Shown: positions 13,066 to 25,097 of the stretch, piece after piece
Numbering within the stretch: the stretch's first letter is position 1
Layout of the letters: every line of letters begins with the position of its first letter
Origin: Batkoa obscura
Lineage: Eukaryota
Assembly (NCBI GenBank): GCA_030770535.1
Contig: JASVEC010000011.1
Coordinates: 744,001-808,000, forward strand
DNA length: 64,000 nt
Direction: 5' to 3'
The notes under the pieces: generated by a model
What the model saw: the letters and a program-made list of their open reading frames with translations, nothing else
Database searches by the model: none
What the model was told of the DNA's origin: nothing
Made by a program: the position numbers and the translations under genes

Positions 13066-14236
13066 CTTTATAATATGTTATAGATAATTGATTTGACGTA
13101 GAATTTTATAAGTATAATGCTATAAGTTGTAGGGTTTTTATACTTTTCCAATGAGCGTGTATTTGTAATCGCCATATTGTAATTATACTACATGATTAGT
13201 TTACCTAGTAAAAATATATTTAGTGAATAGTTTAGATTGTAAAATATATCGTAAATCTGCTAGGTATAATTTAATTCGAATGTTCTTTAGATTAATTGGG
13301 TTACCTTCTGTAGTTTAATTCTTCATTAATATATTCAACTTCTCCGTCATTTAAATGTTTTTACTCAATTAAACTAAATACTGGTCTAAATCCAAAGCGA
13401 AAGAGAGTATCTTATCATAAGGGGAGTAGGAATTCTTTGTTTTATTAGAGGGTATCTGACTCAATTAGTTTGTTATCTTTTAAATTAGTTCAACAACGCG
13501 GAACTCAATTACTATCCGACTTTTACTTGGAAGAAATTGTGTTATTTTATCTTTTTATCATTTTTATTCTTAAATCTTTTCTTACACTTATTTCTAAGTT
13601 GTTACGAGTACTGAGAAGATTATGCTATTTCTTTCATGCAAATTCTGTCTTTAAACTAACGATTTATGTTATTTAAATCGACATAATTTACACTTGATTG
13701 AAATAGACTGATTATAAAAGATTATTGCATATATATATTAAATATGTATCTTTAACAAAATAAAATACTAATAGTATATTTTTTATATTGATTGGTAAAA
13801 ACTTTTTAGAATTACTTTGTATTATTTGTAAGCAAAGCTATTAAACGTTTATTTAAAAATCATAAATTTGAATTTGAATTTGAATTTGCTATTTATAATG
13901 ATTAAGCTTTTTTTTTGGTTTTATCACTTTTCCTATTTTTTAAGTGTTATAAAAGTTAATGCTCAAAGCCTGCTTGCTTTATAGGTTGTAAAAAGCTAAA
14001 AATATAAAGTTTAGAATTTGATTATAAAATTAGCTTTTATAATTTGCATTATTTTATTTAATGTGTTTTTAACTAAAATGTAATAATTTTGAAAATAATG
14101 ACTTTTATACTTATAATAAGTTTGCTTTATGTTATAATAATTATATTTATTTGAATAAGCTAATAATAAGTAATTTAATTTAAAAATAAACAAATATCTT
14201 AAATCAAAAAATATTAATAGTTTACAATTATTATAT

Positions 14237-14334
14237 GGGGATGTATTTTTTTGCTCAAGAATTTTACTAACAATTTCTCTACTCAAATAGCACTTAAAAA
14301 ATGAAAAAGTAATGAAACCAAAAAAAACATACCC
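14237..14334 (+). mobile_element. ~98-bp MITE (GGGGATGT..ACCCC family)
   Basis: Terminal inverted repeats with ATAT on both flanks. One of ~15 copies in the window. Confidence 0.8.
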
Positions 14335-14500
14335 ATATATAAAAAATCTAATAAATTTAAAAAAAACTTTTAATTATTTCATAATAATAACTTTATCATT
14401 ATAAAAATTTAAATAATACAAAATATTAATCTTAATTGATAAAATTTAAGCTATTTTTATTTATTTGTTTTAATTTTTTAATATATTGTTTAAATAAAAG

Positions 14501-14966
14501 TGTGAAATATTGGTTTATTTAGCTCTCGGATTGATTATAACACAACAATCATTTAAGTTGTTGTGTTCTCAAGTTCAAACACAACCAAGTCCGAGTCCCT
14601 TATTTTGATTTGCTGCGAGAATTTCTAACTTCATATTGTAAACAATATTATCTTCTCGTTTTGATATCCATACTTATTGGAGTATAAAAGTGATTCTTCA
14701 ATATGATAACTCGAGGCTTTTTTAATTGGATTACTCCCTGATAACGTATCATTAATAAAGTCACTAAGTCTTTCTGACAACATCTTATATAGATTTTACG
14801 GTAGTATCTTCCATTGTATTTGTTTTACATAATTCGTAGCTTACTACATACTATTTCTATTAAGTTAAGTCTATCTTAGTTACATAAACTAAGACCCTTC
14901 GACTCAAGGCAAGTTAATTAAGCAAGAGTAGCTTTTAACTTCGACCACTAAGTATCAACTTTCACA
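14501..14966 (-). mobile_element. Solo-LTR-like element, subfamily A
   Basis: TGTGAAA...TTTCACA ends with 4-bp direct repeat AAAG on both sides. Near-identical to 48323-48787. Strand is arbitrary, set relative to the other copies. Confidence 0.75.
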
Positions 14967-15008
14967 AAAGCTGATAAAATACTATTTTATAATAATAATG
15001 TAAGCTTT

Positions 15009-15556
15009 TGTGAAAGTTGATACTTAGTGGTCGAAGTTAAAAGCTACTCTTGCTTAATTAACTTGCCTTGAGTCGAAGGGTCTTAGTTTATGTAACTAAG
15101 GTAAACTTAAATTAGTAAGAATAGTGCGCAATAGGCTATGAACTATGTAAAACAAATAGAATAGACAATACTAGTATAAAATCTACGTAAGATATTGTCA
15201 GAAAAACTTAGTGGCTTTATTAATGGTACAACATTAGGGAATAATTCAATTAAAAAGTCACGGGTTAGTATGTTGAAGAATCTCTTTTATACTCCAACTG
15301 GGTGGCTATATATAGAGAACATGATAACAGCTATTCCTTATTATAGTTGCCAAGTATGAATATTAAAATGTGGACAATAAATTCTTCATGATTAGGCGGT
15401 AGGAATTCTTACAGCAAATTTATATAAGGAACTCTGAGTTGATGTACCACATGAATCACGATCAAATTGAATACAAGGCTACAACTAGTTTTGTAAACAA
15501 GTTAAATGATTGTTATGTGATAATCAATTATAGAGCTGATGAAGCAATATTTCACA
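15009..15556 (+). mobile_element. Solo-LTR-like element, subfamily B body with an A-type 5' end
   Basis: TGTGAAAG...TTTCACA. The body matches 19363-19821. No TSD. Head-to-head with 14501-14966. Confidence 0.72.
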
Positions 15557-16674
15557 TGTATTATATATTTATTAAGCATGTAATAAAAATAATATAAAAC
15601 ATACAATTGAAGAAATAAGTTTTTTAAATTAAAAAGATTTAAATTTAAGCATTTTAAATTTAATTAATTATACATTAAAAACTTATAAATTTAGAAACTT
15701 AAAATTTAGATTAGTTTTTAACTAAATCCTGAAACCAATTTAAACATCTTTTAATAAAATTTTATAAAGCTTTATTATGTAATTAAAAAATTATTAAAGT
15801 ACTTTTCAACTATTTTTATTTTATTATATTAGCTTTTTTATTTAAAATTATTATAAGTTATTTTTTTGATATGCAAAATGTAATTTATATATAAAGTTCA
15901 ATTCTAAATATATATAATTAAGTTATTAACCATTAAAAACTTTTAGTTTAATATTTAAAAAAAGTTATCTGAAGCATTTTTAAAAGCAAAAAGCAGTAAT
16001 TTTTATTTAAAAATTTAGAAATCCAATATTTTCTTAATTGCACTAAAATTCTTTATATATAAAAATCAAAAAAATACCAGGAAAAATATGTTTCTTAGGG
16101 CTATCTCATGTGTAATTTGATATTTTTTGAAAATTAAACAACTTAGTAATGAAATGGTCCTTAAATCTCCTTCAAAAATTACCTTTTTTTAAAAGGTTTT
16201 TAAAAGTCAATATAAAATATTATCAAAATGTTTTTATTCAGAAAACAATAATTTTGTATCAAATTTTATCTTTGCATTGTTTTTGACTATTTTTTTAACT
16301 TTATTAAAAAATTACAAAATTTAATAGGTAACTTTATAAATAAAAAATTAATAAATATTTATGAAAAAATAATAAAGGCTGTAATAAAGTTTTTATAGAT
16401 GAAACTAAAAGCATCTGGTACTTAATCTTAAAAAATCATAGTCTGCTTTATTTTATTATTTTACACATTATTTTCAAATTAAATATTATTTATAATTAGT
16501 CATAAATACCTTTAAATTACAAAAAAGATTTGAACATAAACATGTACTTAGTTTTGGCCTGTACTATATAGTACAGATGTTTAATTTAAGCAGATAAATC
16601 TATAAATAGATATATTAAAAACAAATCCATGATGATTGTTTTTTCGTAGTTTATTAAAATTATCTTTATTATAA

Positions 16675-17754
16675 TCAACATAAGCCACCTAATGTGATAT
16701 CCCAAATTTTCAAGTGATCAAGTACTGAAGGAGTATACCATCTAGAAGCTGAACAACTAGGGTCTTCTAAGTAATCATCATTACAATGTACATCTTTGCC
16801 TCCATTTACCCAGATCTCATTATGATGGTGATGATAACCAGGTATTAATTTAATCTTTGGAGGTAGATGAGGTACTATGTCATTGTTATTAACGACTCGA
16901 GCGAAAGTAAAATTTTGTTTATTAAAGTAACGTGCAAACTCCTTATCCCCAACTCTTGGTTCACCATAAGTAAAAACTGCAAGCCTATCGTCCTTTAAGC
17001 CTAATTTTTGTCTCAAGATTAAAGTACTTAATGTAGCTATTGCACCACCTAAGCTATGGCCAACGACGACCAACTTATAGTCATTGTACTTGTTTAATAA
17101 AGTTTTTAAATCGTTAACATACAATGGTAATACCCTTTCACTACACTGTTTAAATCCACGATGCACTTTATATTGTTTTTTATCGAATACAATTGGATCT
17201 TTAAAGAATTTAGCATCTTGAATGAAATTCCTTAACGTTGAACTTCCACGAAAGCCTAAAGTGATTGCTTTTTTGACTTTGTCAATTGCTAAATAAGCTT
17301 TAGTTTGAGTTGATGTGTCAAGATAAGTTCCTACATGCTGAACTGGAATTTCTTTACAATGGGAACATGACCAGGCCTTTAGACCCGCATCTTTACAATA
17401 AGCAGCTCCAGCCAATCTAGCATAGTATTTACTGGCTTGAACATCACTCCTTTTCAGTTGAGTTGGCCTTTCAAACGCACGTGAATCGGGCAACTCCTGG
17501 GGTTCAAATTTGGTGTGGTTTCTTAAATAGTTTAAATTTTCCATCAAGTCTTTAAAGTATTCATCTTCATTTGGATTCACCTCAGCACTGTTAGCGTTTA
17601 AGGCAAGTTTGTTGTCATTTGATGATAATACGTTACCATTAGCAATAATAGCAGTACCATTTCTAGGACCATCTCCAACCGCTTGGCATTGGTGGATTAA
17701 AGATAAGCCATATAAAAAAGTAGTAAAGACTGGACTGTTGTAGTTTAGGAGCAT
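16675..17754 (-). CDS. Secreted class-3 lipase, copy D (intact, intronless)
   Basis: Signal peptide, GHSLGG, NDIVPHLPP and DHL. Paralogue of copy A. Confidence 0.93.
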   Translation of the reverse strand: MLLNYNSPVFTTFLYGLSLIHQCQAVGDGPRNGTAIIANGNVLSSNDNKLALNANSAEVNPNEDEYFKDLMENLNYLRNHTKFEPQELPDSRAFERPTQLKRSDVQASKYYARLAGAAYCKDAGLKAWSCSHCKEIPVQHVGTYLDTSTQTKAYLAIDKVKKAITLGFRGSSTLRNFIQDAKFFKDPIVFDKKQYKVHRGFKQCSERVLPLYVNDLKTLLNKYNDYKLVVVGHSLGGAIATLSTLILRQKLGLKDDRLAVFTYGEPRVGDKEFARYFNKQNFTFARVVNNNDIVPHLPPKIKLIPGYHHHHNEIWVNGGKDVHCNDDYLEDPSCSASRWYTPSVLDHLKIWDITLGGLC

Positions 17755-18835
17755 CTTTATTATATTTCGAACTACTAAGTTTTAACACCAAAGGTTAATA
17801 AATTCAATATACATTCTATAAGCCTTTTATACTCTTACAATGAGCATGTATTTAATATAGTCATACTATAGCTTTATGTTTATGTGATGTGATTACCTGA
17901 TAGAATTAGGATTAAAGAATAATTGGGATTACTGATTACAGACATATCCAATAGAAATATATATCTCGTAATAACTTCAATTTTCATTACAATATATTCC
18001 AACCCCTTGTCACATTTAAATGGTCTAGCTTAACAAAATTAATTAAATAACTACAACAACTTGAGAACAGAATAAAATATCCTACTCATGAGAAAAAAAT
18101 TAGAATCCTTTATCTTCATTAAAAAGTGTTCGGTAGTATCTTGTTTTTATACTTTAATTTAAATTAATAATGTGAAATTCGTCAATTGTCCGAGTTTTTA
18201 CTATAAAAAATGTTTTTGTTTATTTGCTTTTATTTTTATTTTCATATTTCTTCTTTAGCATTATTTCTCTCCCTTGTTTCAATTTTTATAATTCAATTTG
18301 CTACTTCTAGTAACTACAGGGTGGTCACGTTTAATAAGGACGACTTAAACATTATAATACAACAAAAAAAGAAAACCAATAATGGAATTAATATAAAGTA
18401 ATTAAATTTTAAATAAATTTATTAAAAATGTGATGAAGTACATAAGTTGTCATTGCTGAGATAAAAAAAAACAACAGATTGTCTTATAAACTTTTAAAAA
18501 CAGTTATATTAGCATATCAGTGTGATAGGAGGTTTTTCCATTTATTGTTAATATGAGGAAAATTTATTAAACACAGTTTTCGACTTGAATTGGCATAGCA
18601 TTAAATAGAAAAGTATACTTTAATGTTATAAAAATAAAGTTTTTAATAAAATTTTAAAGCATAACTTGTAATATTATGTCATTTTTTTATTAATATGTAT
18701 CATTTGAAGTAAAGTTAAGCTAAAGTTAAAATTAAAATTAAAGTCAATAATTTTAAAATATAACTATTGACTAGATTAATGCTTTTTTAGCTAGGTTTAT
18801 ATTTTTAATATTTTATAATTTTTATTATTATTAAT

Positions 18836-18862
18836 ATAATAATAATAATAATAATAATAATA
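18836..18862. repeat. (AAT)n microsatellite
   Basis: Direct reading of ~9 units. Confidence 0.8.
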
Positions 18863-19080
18863 GATTTATTATGATAATATGTTATTATAGCTGTAAGTTT
18901 TTAAAAATAATTGATAATAAGTAAAAAACTACAAAAAATTGGAATAAAAATATTTATTTTATTTTTTTATTTTTTTATTTTCTAAAATTATAAATAAGTT
19001 TTAATAAAATAAAACTAGGTTTTAAAAATTAATTTTTGTTTTTAAATAAGTGAATAAATTTAGTCACAATTTATACAACC

Positions 19081-19122
19081 AATTTAATTTAATTTAATTT
19101 AATTTAATTTAATTTAATTTAA
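19081..19122. repeat. (AATTT)n microsatellite
   Basis: 8 tandem units. Confidence 0.85.
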
Positions 19123-19235
19123 TAAACTTATTTTATTTTTTTAGCTATATTATTTTTTCATTAGTTTTTTATATAATTTATTATTAATACAAATTGTTTT
19201 TTATTTGTTTTGTATAATTTGCTTAATCATTATAC

Positions 19236-19334
19236 GGGGATGTTTCTTTTGGTTCCATTACTTTTTCCATTTTTTAAGCGTTATTTGAGCGGAAAGATTG
19301 TTAATAAAATTTCTAAAGAAAAAAATACATCCTT
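19236..19334 (-). mobile_element. ~98-bp MITE copy
   Basis: Matches the family consensus. Flanks ATAC/ATAT. Confidence 0.75.
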
Positions 19335-19362
19335 ATATTATAATATTAATTTTTTTAGATTT

Positions 19363-19821
19363 TGTGAAAGTTGGTACTCAGTGGTTGGAGTTAAAAGCTA
19401 CTCTTGCTTAATTGACTTGCCTTGAGTCGAAGGGTCTTAGTTTATGTAACTAAGATAAACTTAAATTAGTAAGAATAGTGCGCAATAGGCTATGAACTAT
19501 GTAAAACAAATAGAATAGACAATACTATTGTAAAACCTACGTAAGATGTTGCCAGAAAGGCTTAGTGGCTTTATTAATAGTACGATATCAGGAAGTAATT
19601 CAGTTAAAAAGCCTCGAGTTATCATATTGAAGAATCTCTTTTATATCCTTTGCAATGTGAAGTTAGAAATTCTCACAGCAAATCAAAACAAGGAACTCTG
19701 GATTGATTATACCACATTATTTACGATCAAATTGAATACAAGGCTACAGTTAGTTTTATAAACAAGCTAGGTGATTATTATCTTATAATCAACTATGGAG
19801 CTGATGAAGCAATATTTCACA
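19363..19821 (+). mobile_element. Solo-LTR-like element, subfamily B
   Basis: TGTGAAAG...TTTCACA, homologous to the other copies. Abutted by a MITE at 19822. Confidence 0.72.
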
Positions 19822-19918
19822 GGGGTGTCTTTTTTGGCTTTATCACTTTTTCTATCTTTTAAGCACTATTTGAGTGGAAAAACTGTTAGTATAATTCTTA
19901 AACACAAAAAACAGCCCC
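19822..19918 (-). mobile_element. ~98-bp MITE copy
   Basis: GGGGTGT...CAGCCCC, family consensus. Confidence 0.75.
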
Positions 19919-20613
19919 ATATTTTAAATTCAATCGATGATATGTAATTTAATTGTAGTCCCATTTTTTATTAGGAAGAAAAGCTTCATTTATTTATTTC
20001 TACTTTTATTTTTATAAGTGAATACTACATATTATCAAATTTTATTATACTTTAACTTTCATTTTAAACTCAATCATAGTTCTACTTTTTATTAAGAAGG
20101 AACAGTTTCATTTATTTATCTCAATCTTTATTTTTTACTGAAGAATACTTAATACTACTAACTTATACTTTAATTTTATTGTGCAAGTTTTTACTAGAAA
20201 GAAATAGTTCTTTCTATCATTGTCTTTATCTTTATTAAAGAATACTCGGCGCTTTGAATTTATTTTACCTTTAATTTAATTAATAATGCACAGTACCTAC
20301 TATCCGACTTACTATTAAGAATAAATGGTTCTGTTTATTTATGTTCATGCTTTCTATCCATGTTTATTCTTTACTTTTATTTTCTTAATTTAAATTTAAT
20401 ATTTAAATTTAATTTGTTACTTATAGAAACTATTTATAACAGTTAGCAATGTAATAACTATTGATGTTGGGAACTTACATGTGTGAATTTTATGCTAAAA
20501 TAATAATGATATATAGCAAATGATGTATTTGAAGTTTTAATAAAATTTAAATGGTAAAGGATTTTTAGAAAGCTTTCAATAATATAATAAATTACAATAA
20601 ATAAAAGCAAACA

Positions 20614-20714
20614 GGGGTGTTTTTTTTTGGCTTCATAACTTTTTCTATCTTTTGAGCGCTATTTGAGCGAAAAAATTTTGTCACTAAAATTCTTAAACAC
20701 AAAAATACGTCCCC
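20614..20714 (-). mobile_element. ~98-bp MITE copy
   Basis: GGGGTGTTTT...TACGTCCCC. Confidence 0.75.
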
Positions 20715-21059
20715 AAATGTTTTTTTAAATATTTTCTCCGCTTTTTAAACAACCTGTTTTAAAAAACCTTGATCAAATTTTCAAACAAAAAATATAAAAG
20801 TTTCACTACTCAAATAAAAACAATATTACTATTTTTAATCCTTTGTTTTATAAAAAAGTAGATAAAATGTTTAAATATTTAATAAATAGGATGTAAATAA
20901 TAACAGTAAAGTTTAAGATTTTCAATCTTTATTGCATGTCATTTTAATTATGTTTGATAAAATCATTAGTTGTATTTATAATCAAGCTAATGATCTTTTT
21001 ATTTAATTTTCTGCAATGATACTATTCTTTTATTACCATTATATACAAATAAAATATAT

Positions 21060-21153
21060 GGGGATGTTTTTTGTTTTCACTTTTTCCATTTTTTAAGCAC
21101 TATTTGATCAAAAAGATTGTTAGTAAGATTCTTAATCAAAAAAATACATCCCC
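21060..21153 (-). mobile_element. ~98-bp MITE copy
   Basis: GGGGATGT...ACATCCCC with ATAT TSD. Confidence 0.8.
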
Positions 21154-21728
21154 ATATAGTATATTAATTTTTATACTTTATTAGCATTTTTATATCCAAT
21201 TAAAATAAAATAAGATGCATAGCTTAAACTTAAATTTTAATTTAATTTTATAAAATAGCACCGCTTTATATTAGATAGCTCACATGATCATTAAAAGATA
21301 AAGCATTTGAGCTATTTTAACTAATATCGTATATTTATTTTCTATATGAAATGCTACTTTCAATTTAGTAGCTCTAGAAGCTGATATTTTCTGTTTATTC
21401 AATTATTATAAAAATTAAAAATTAAAAAAAAGTCAAAACAATTAGTTTTGTCTACTATTAAATAAGTCTAAATATATTCAATACTCAATTTCAAAATCTT
21501 ATAACTCACTTAATTTTTAGCTAATTTACATTTTTTATTTTTTTACAAATTTTTTATTTTTCAATATATTAGATTTATAAATTAAATAATTATTGTTATT
21601 TTTAAAAATTTAAGAATTATGACACATACAAAGCTTTTGCATAGCTTTATACAGCCAGCATTATTTAATTTCAATAAAAAATAAACAAAATAAAAATAAA
21701 AAATAAATAAAAAAGTTGTTTATTAAAA

Positions 21729-22811
21729 TTAACATTCACCACCCAATCTAATACCCCAAACAGTCAAATGATCATTTACTGAAGGTTTATACCATTTTGA
21801 AGCAGAACAACTAGAATCTTCTAATTTATTAGTTTTACAATGAATATTTCTATTGCCATTAACCCAAAGCTCATTATGATGATGACAATAATCAGAGATT
21901 AGACTAAGCTTAGGTGGTAAATGAGGTACCATATCATTATTATTAACAACTCGAGTGAATGTAAAACTTTGTTGATTCAAATATCGTGCAAATTCTTTAT
22001 CTCCAACTCTTGGTTCTCCATAAGTAAATACTTCCAACTTATCATCTTTTAAGTTTAACTTTTCTCTTAACATTAAAGAACTTAAAGTGGCTATTGAACC
22101 ACCCAAACTATGTCCAACAATAACTAATTTATAACTTTTATGTTCATTCATTAGTTGTTTTAATTTATTCATATACATTGGTAATAATGCATCACTACAC
22201 TGTTTAAACCCACGATGAACTTTATATTCTTTTTTATCAAACATGATAGGATCTTTGAGAAATTTAGCATCTTGAATAAAGTTTCTTAATGAGGAACTTC
22301 CACGAAAGCCTAAAGTGATAGCTTTTTTCATACTATCAACAGCTAAATAAGCTTTAGTTTCTGTTTTTTTATCAAAATAAGTTCCTCGATGTTGAATTGG
22401 TATATGTTGACAATGAGAACATGACCAATTCATTAAATTCATATCATTACAATAAGCTGCACCTGCTAATCGAGCATAATATTTACTAGTTTGAATATCA
22501 CTCACTTTCAATTGAGTTGGTAATTCAATGGAACGTCCAGTGGCTTCCTCCTGGGGTTCTGGTTCTAATTTGACATTTTCTTGTAAATAATTTAAATTCT
22601 CCATCAAATCTTTAAAGTAATCATCTTGTACTGGTTTCGTATTGTTGGTGTCAGTGTTCAAACTGGGGTTGACATCATTTGATGGCAATACGTTATCATT
22701 AGTAATAGTAGTAGTAACACTGTTACTAGTTGTTTTAGTTGATTGACATTGGATTAATGATATACCGAAAAATAAAGCAATAATAACCGGATTATTGTAA
22801 CTTAAGAGCAT
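21729..22811 (-). CDS. Secreted class-3 lipase, copy E (intact, intronless)
   Basis: Signal peptide, GHSLGG, NDMVPHLPP and DHL. Protein identical to copy F. Confidence 0.93.
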   Translation of the reverse strand: MLLSYNNPVIIALFFGISLIQCQSTKTTSNSVTTTITNDNVLPSNDVNPSLNTDTNNTKPVQDDYFKDLMENLNYLQENVKLEPEPQEEATGRSIELPTQLKVSDIQTSKYYARLAGAAYCNDMNLMNWSCSHCQHIPIQHRGTYFDKKTETKAYLAVDSMKKAITLGFRGSSSLRNFIQDAKFLKDPIMFDKKEYKVHRGFKQCSDALLPMYMNKLKQLMNEHKSYKLVIVGHSLGGSIATLSSLMLREKLNLKDDKLEVFTYGEPRVGDKEFARYLNQQSFTFTRVVNNNDMVPHLPPKLSLISDYCHHHNELWVNGNRNIHCKTNKLEDSSCSASKWYKPSVNDHLTVWGIRLGGEC

Positions 22812-23183
22812 GTTTCTAATATATTATAGATGATTGATTTGATGTATAATTTTTATAAGTATAAGGCCAACATTTACAGGGTTTATATACTTTTTTAATG
22901 AATATGTATTTAGTGTTACTATACCATGGGTTGATTTTTACATAGTCTAATTGTCTGACAAAAACAAGGCTAAAGATTAGTTGGAATCGTTAACTGTTGA
23001 TATATTTAATTGAAATAACAGTATTGGTAGAATTTATTTAATATTCAAGGTACGCTTTATAATTTAATTTAATTTAATTATTCTTTAAATTAACTATACA
23101 ACCTAACTTTTGATTTCATTAAAATATTATTCTATTTATTTATCAAATTCTAATGATATTACTTAATCAAATTAATTAAATAC

Positions 23184-23282
23184 GGGGGTATTCTTTTTGG
23201 CTTCATCACTTTTTCCATTTTTTAAGCGCTATTTGAGTGGAAGGATTGTTAGTAAAATTCTTAAACACAAAAATACATCCCC
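23184..23282 (-). mobile_element. ~98-bp MITE copy in the lipase E upstream region
   Basis: GGGGGTAT...ACATCCCC. Flanks ATAC/ATAT. Confidence 0.8.
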
Positions 23283-24502
23283 ATATACTTATTTAAAGTT
23301 GCAATAAAGTAGCTTAATCATGAGAAAAAAAGTCAATACATAAAATGTGGCCAATTTTTCGATTTATTATAATATTTGATAACTAGTAAAAATTAAGTTT
23401 AAATTAAATATTAAAAGCTTGGGAAAAACATAAATGTATGTCAAAATAATAATACAGGTATATTATTGTTTTTATTAAAGCTAATTTTTTTAGTTGTCAT
23501 CTATTTAATGAACTAAAAATTTTTGGAGTTACACTAGTTAAAGGTGAACATACTCTAAGCTCAGTTTGTGAAAAAAATGATTTTAGCCTTCCCATTCCGA
23601 ATTAAATCTTGTAGAAAAAGCAAAATCTTAGGTCTCACGCTTTATGTGTTAACCATTTCTATATTTATAAAAAGCTATCTAGTAGCATCACGCTTTGTTA
23701 TACTTTTACTCAAATTTGATTTTAAGTATAATTTTCTTTTTTATTAGATACAGATGGCATTATTTTTATTTATATTTATATTTATTAAGTTTTTCATATA
23801 TGTTCTTAATCTTTATTTTTATATTTACGTTGTTCAATCTTAATCTTTATAATTTAATAGACTATTAGTAATAACTCTTCATATATTAATTAAAGGTGTA
23901 ATACAACTTGAGTAAGGATATAATTATCGTTAATATCAAATAATTACAATAATAAAATTTCAAATAATCTAGGTATAGTTATTTAAATTCAATAAAAATA
24001 AGCTAAACATAAGCCTAGATTTATCAACAAAAGGACTGCCATTCATTTTAAGATATTGAAAAAATAATCTAATTTTAATTAAAACAATCGATTAGTGTAT
24101 TAATTTAAATGACGAAAAAGTTCACAATATAAATTTAATAAAACAAGATAGAAATATTACTTTATGCGATATAATCTATAGGCTATTTCTATACTTTTAA
24201 ATTGATAAAATCAATTACTTTTGATTATTTTATTTTTACTTTTTACTTTTTCTGACTATTAGAACAAATACTAATGGTTAAACTATATCCTAATTAAACC
24301 CTTGACTTATCTTAATATATTATTCATAATTATTCTTTATATATATTTTTAACTTTTTAATATTTTAGATTTTTATAATTCAATTTAGATACTATTAATA
24401 AGAGATATTTATATATTGTTTAAGGGGGTAGTATTTATTGATATGAAATGATTATAATATAAAATAAATATTGGATAAAGAATAATTTTTAATTAAAGAT
24501 AT

Positions 24503-24601
24503 GGGGGTGTATTTTTTTGTTTAAGAATTTTACTAACAATCTTTCCACTCAAATAGCGCTTAAAGAATGGAAAAAACAATAAAACCAAAAAAAACATCCT
24601 T
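24503..24601 (+). mobile_element. ~98-bp MITE copy
   Basis: Family consensus with ATAT TSD. Confidence 0.78.
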
Positions 24602-24998
24602 ATATAATATAAACATTATAATTTATTATATTAATTTTAATAATTGTTTATAATAATCTAAAATCTATAGCATTTTATAATAATAATAATAAATATATCA
24701 TTAAAATATATTATTATTAATTTAAATTCAATCAAGCAATGTATAAAATTAATGCTTTGAGAGAAATAAAAATAAAAACTAAAAAATAATGTTATTGTCA
24801 GCTATAACCTCAGTATTTTTTTGATAAATATAAAAGTTTTAGATTTAATATAAGTAAAAATCAATACAACTATTCAAAATAATTACTAATAATAAAGTAT
24901 TAACATTATAATATATTATTAAAAATATAAAAAAATTAGTAAGCAAATTAAAATTTAATAAAAAAAGTAAACAGTAAATATTTATCAAATAAATATAT

Positions 24999-25097
24999 GG
25001 GGGTGTTTTTTTTGACTTGATTACTTTTTCCATCTTTTAAGCACTATTCAAGTGGAAAAACTGTTGGTAAAATTCTTAAACATAAAAAAACATCCCG
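24999..25097 (-). mobile_element. ~98-bp MITE copy
   Basis: Family consensus with ATAT TSD. Confidence 0.78.

Noticed and set aside
14011..14286. Short ORFs overlapping MITE/LTR copies (also 19210, 19546, 24845, 25044, 31396, 41921, 47713)
   Set aside because: Chance frames through non-coding repeats and AT-rich DNA, with no transposase or gag/pol motifs.
16559..16576. Perfect 18-bp palindrome CTGTACTATATAGTACAG downstream of lipase D
   Set aside because: Single occurrence, not conserved behind the other lipase copies, and plausible by chance in AT-rich DNA.
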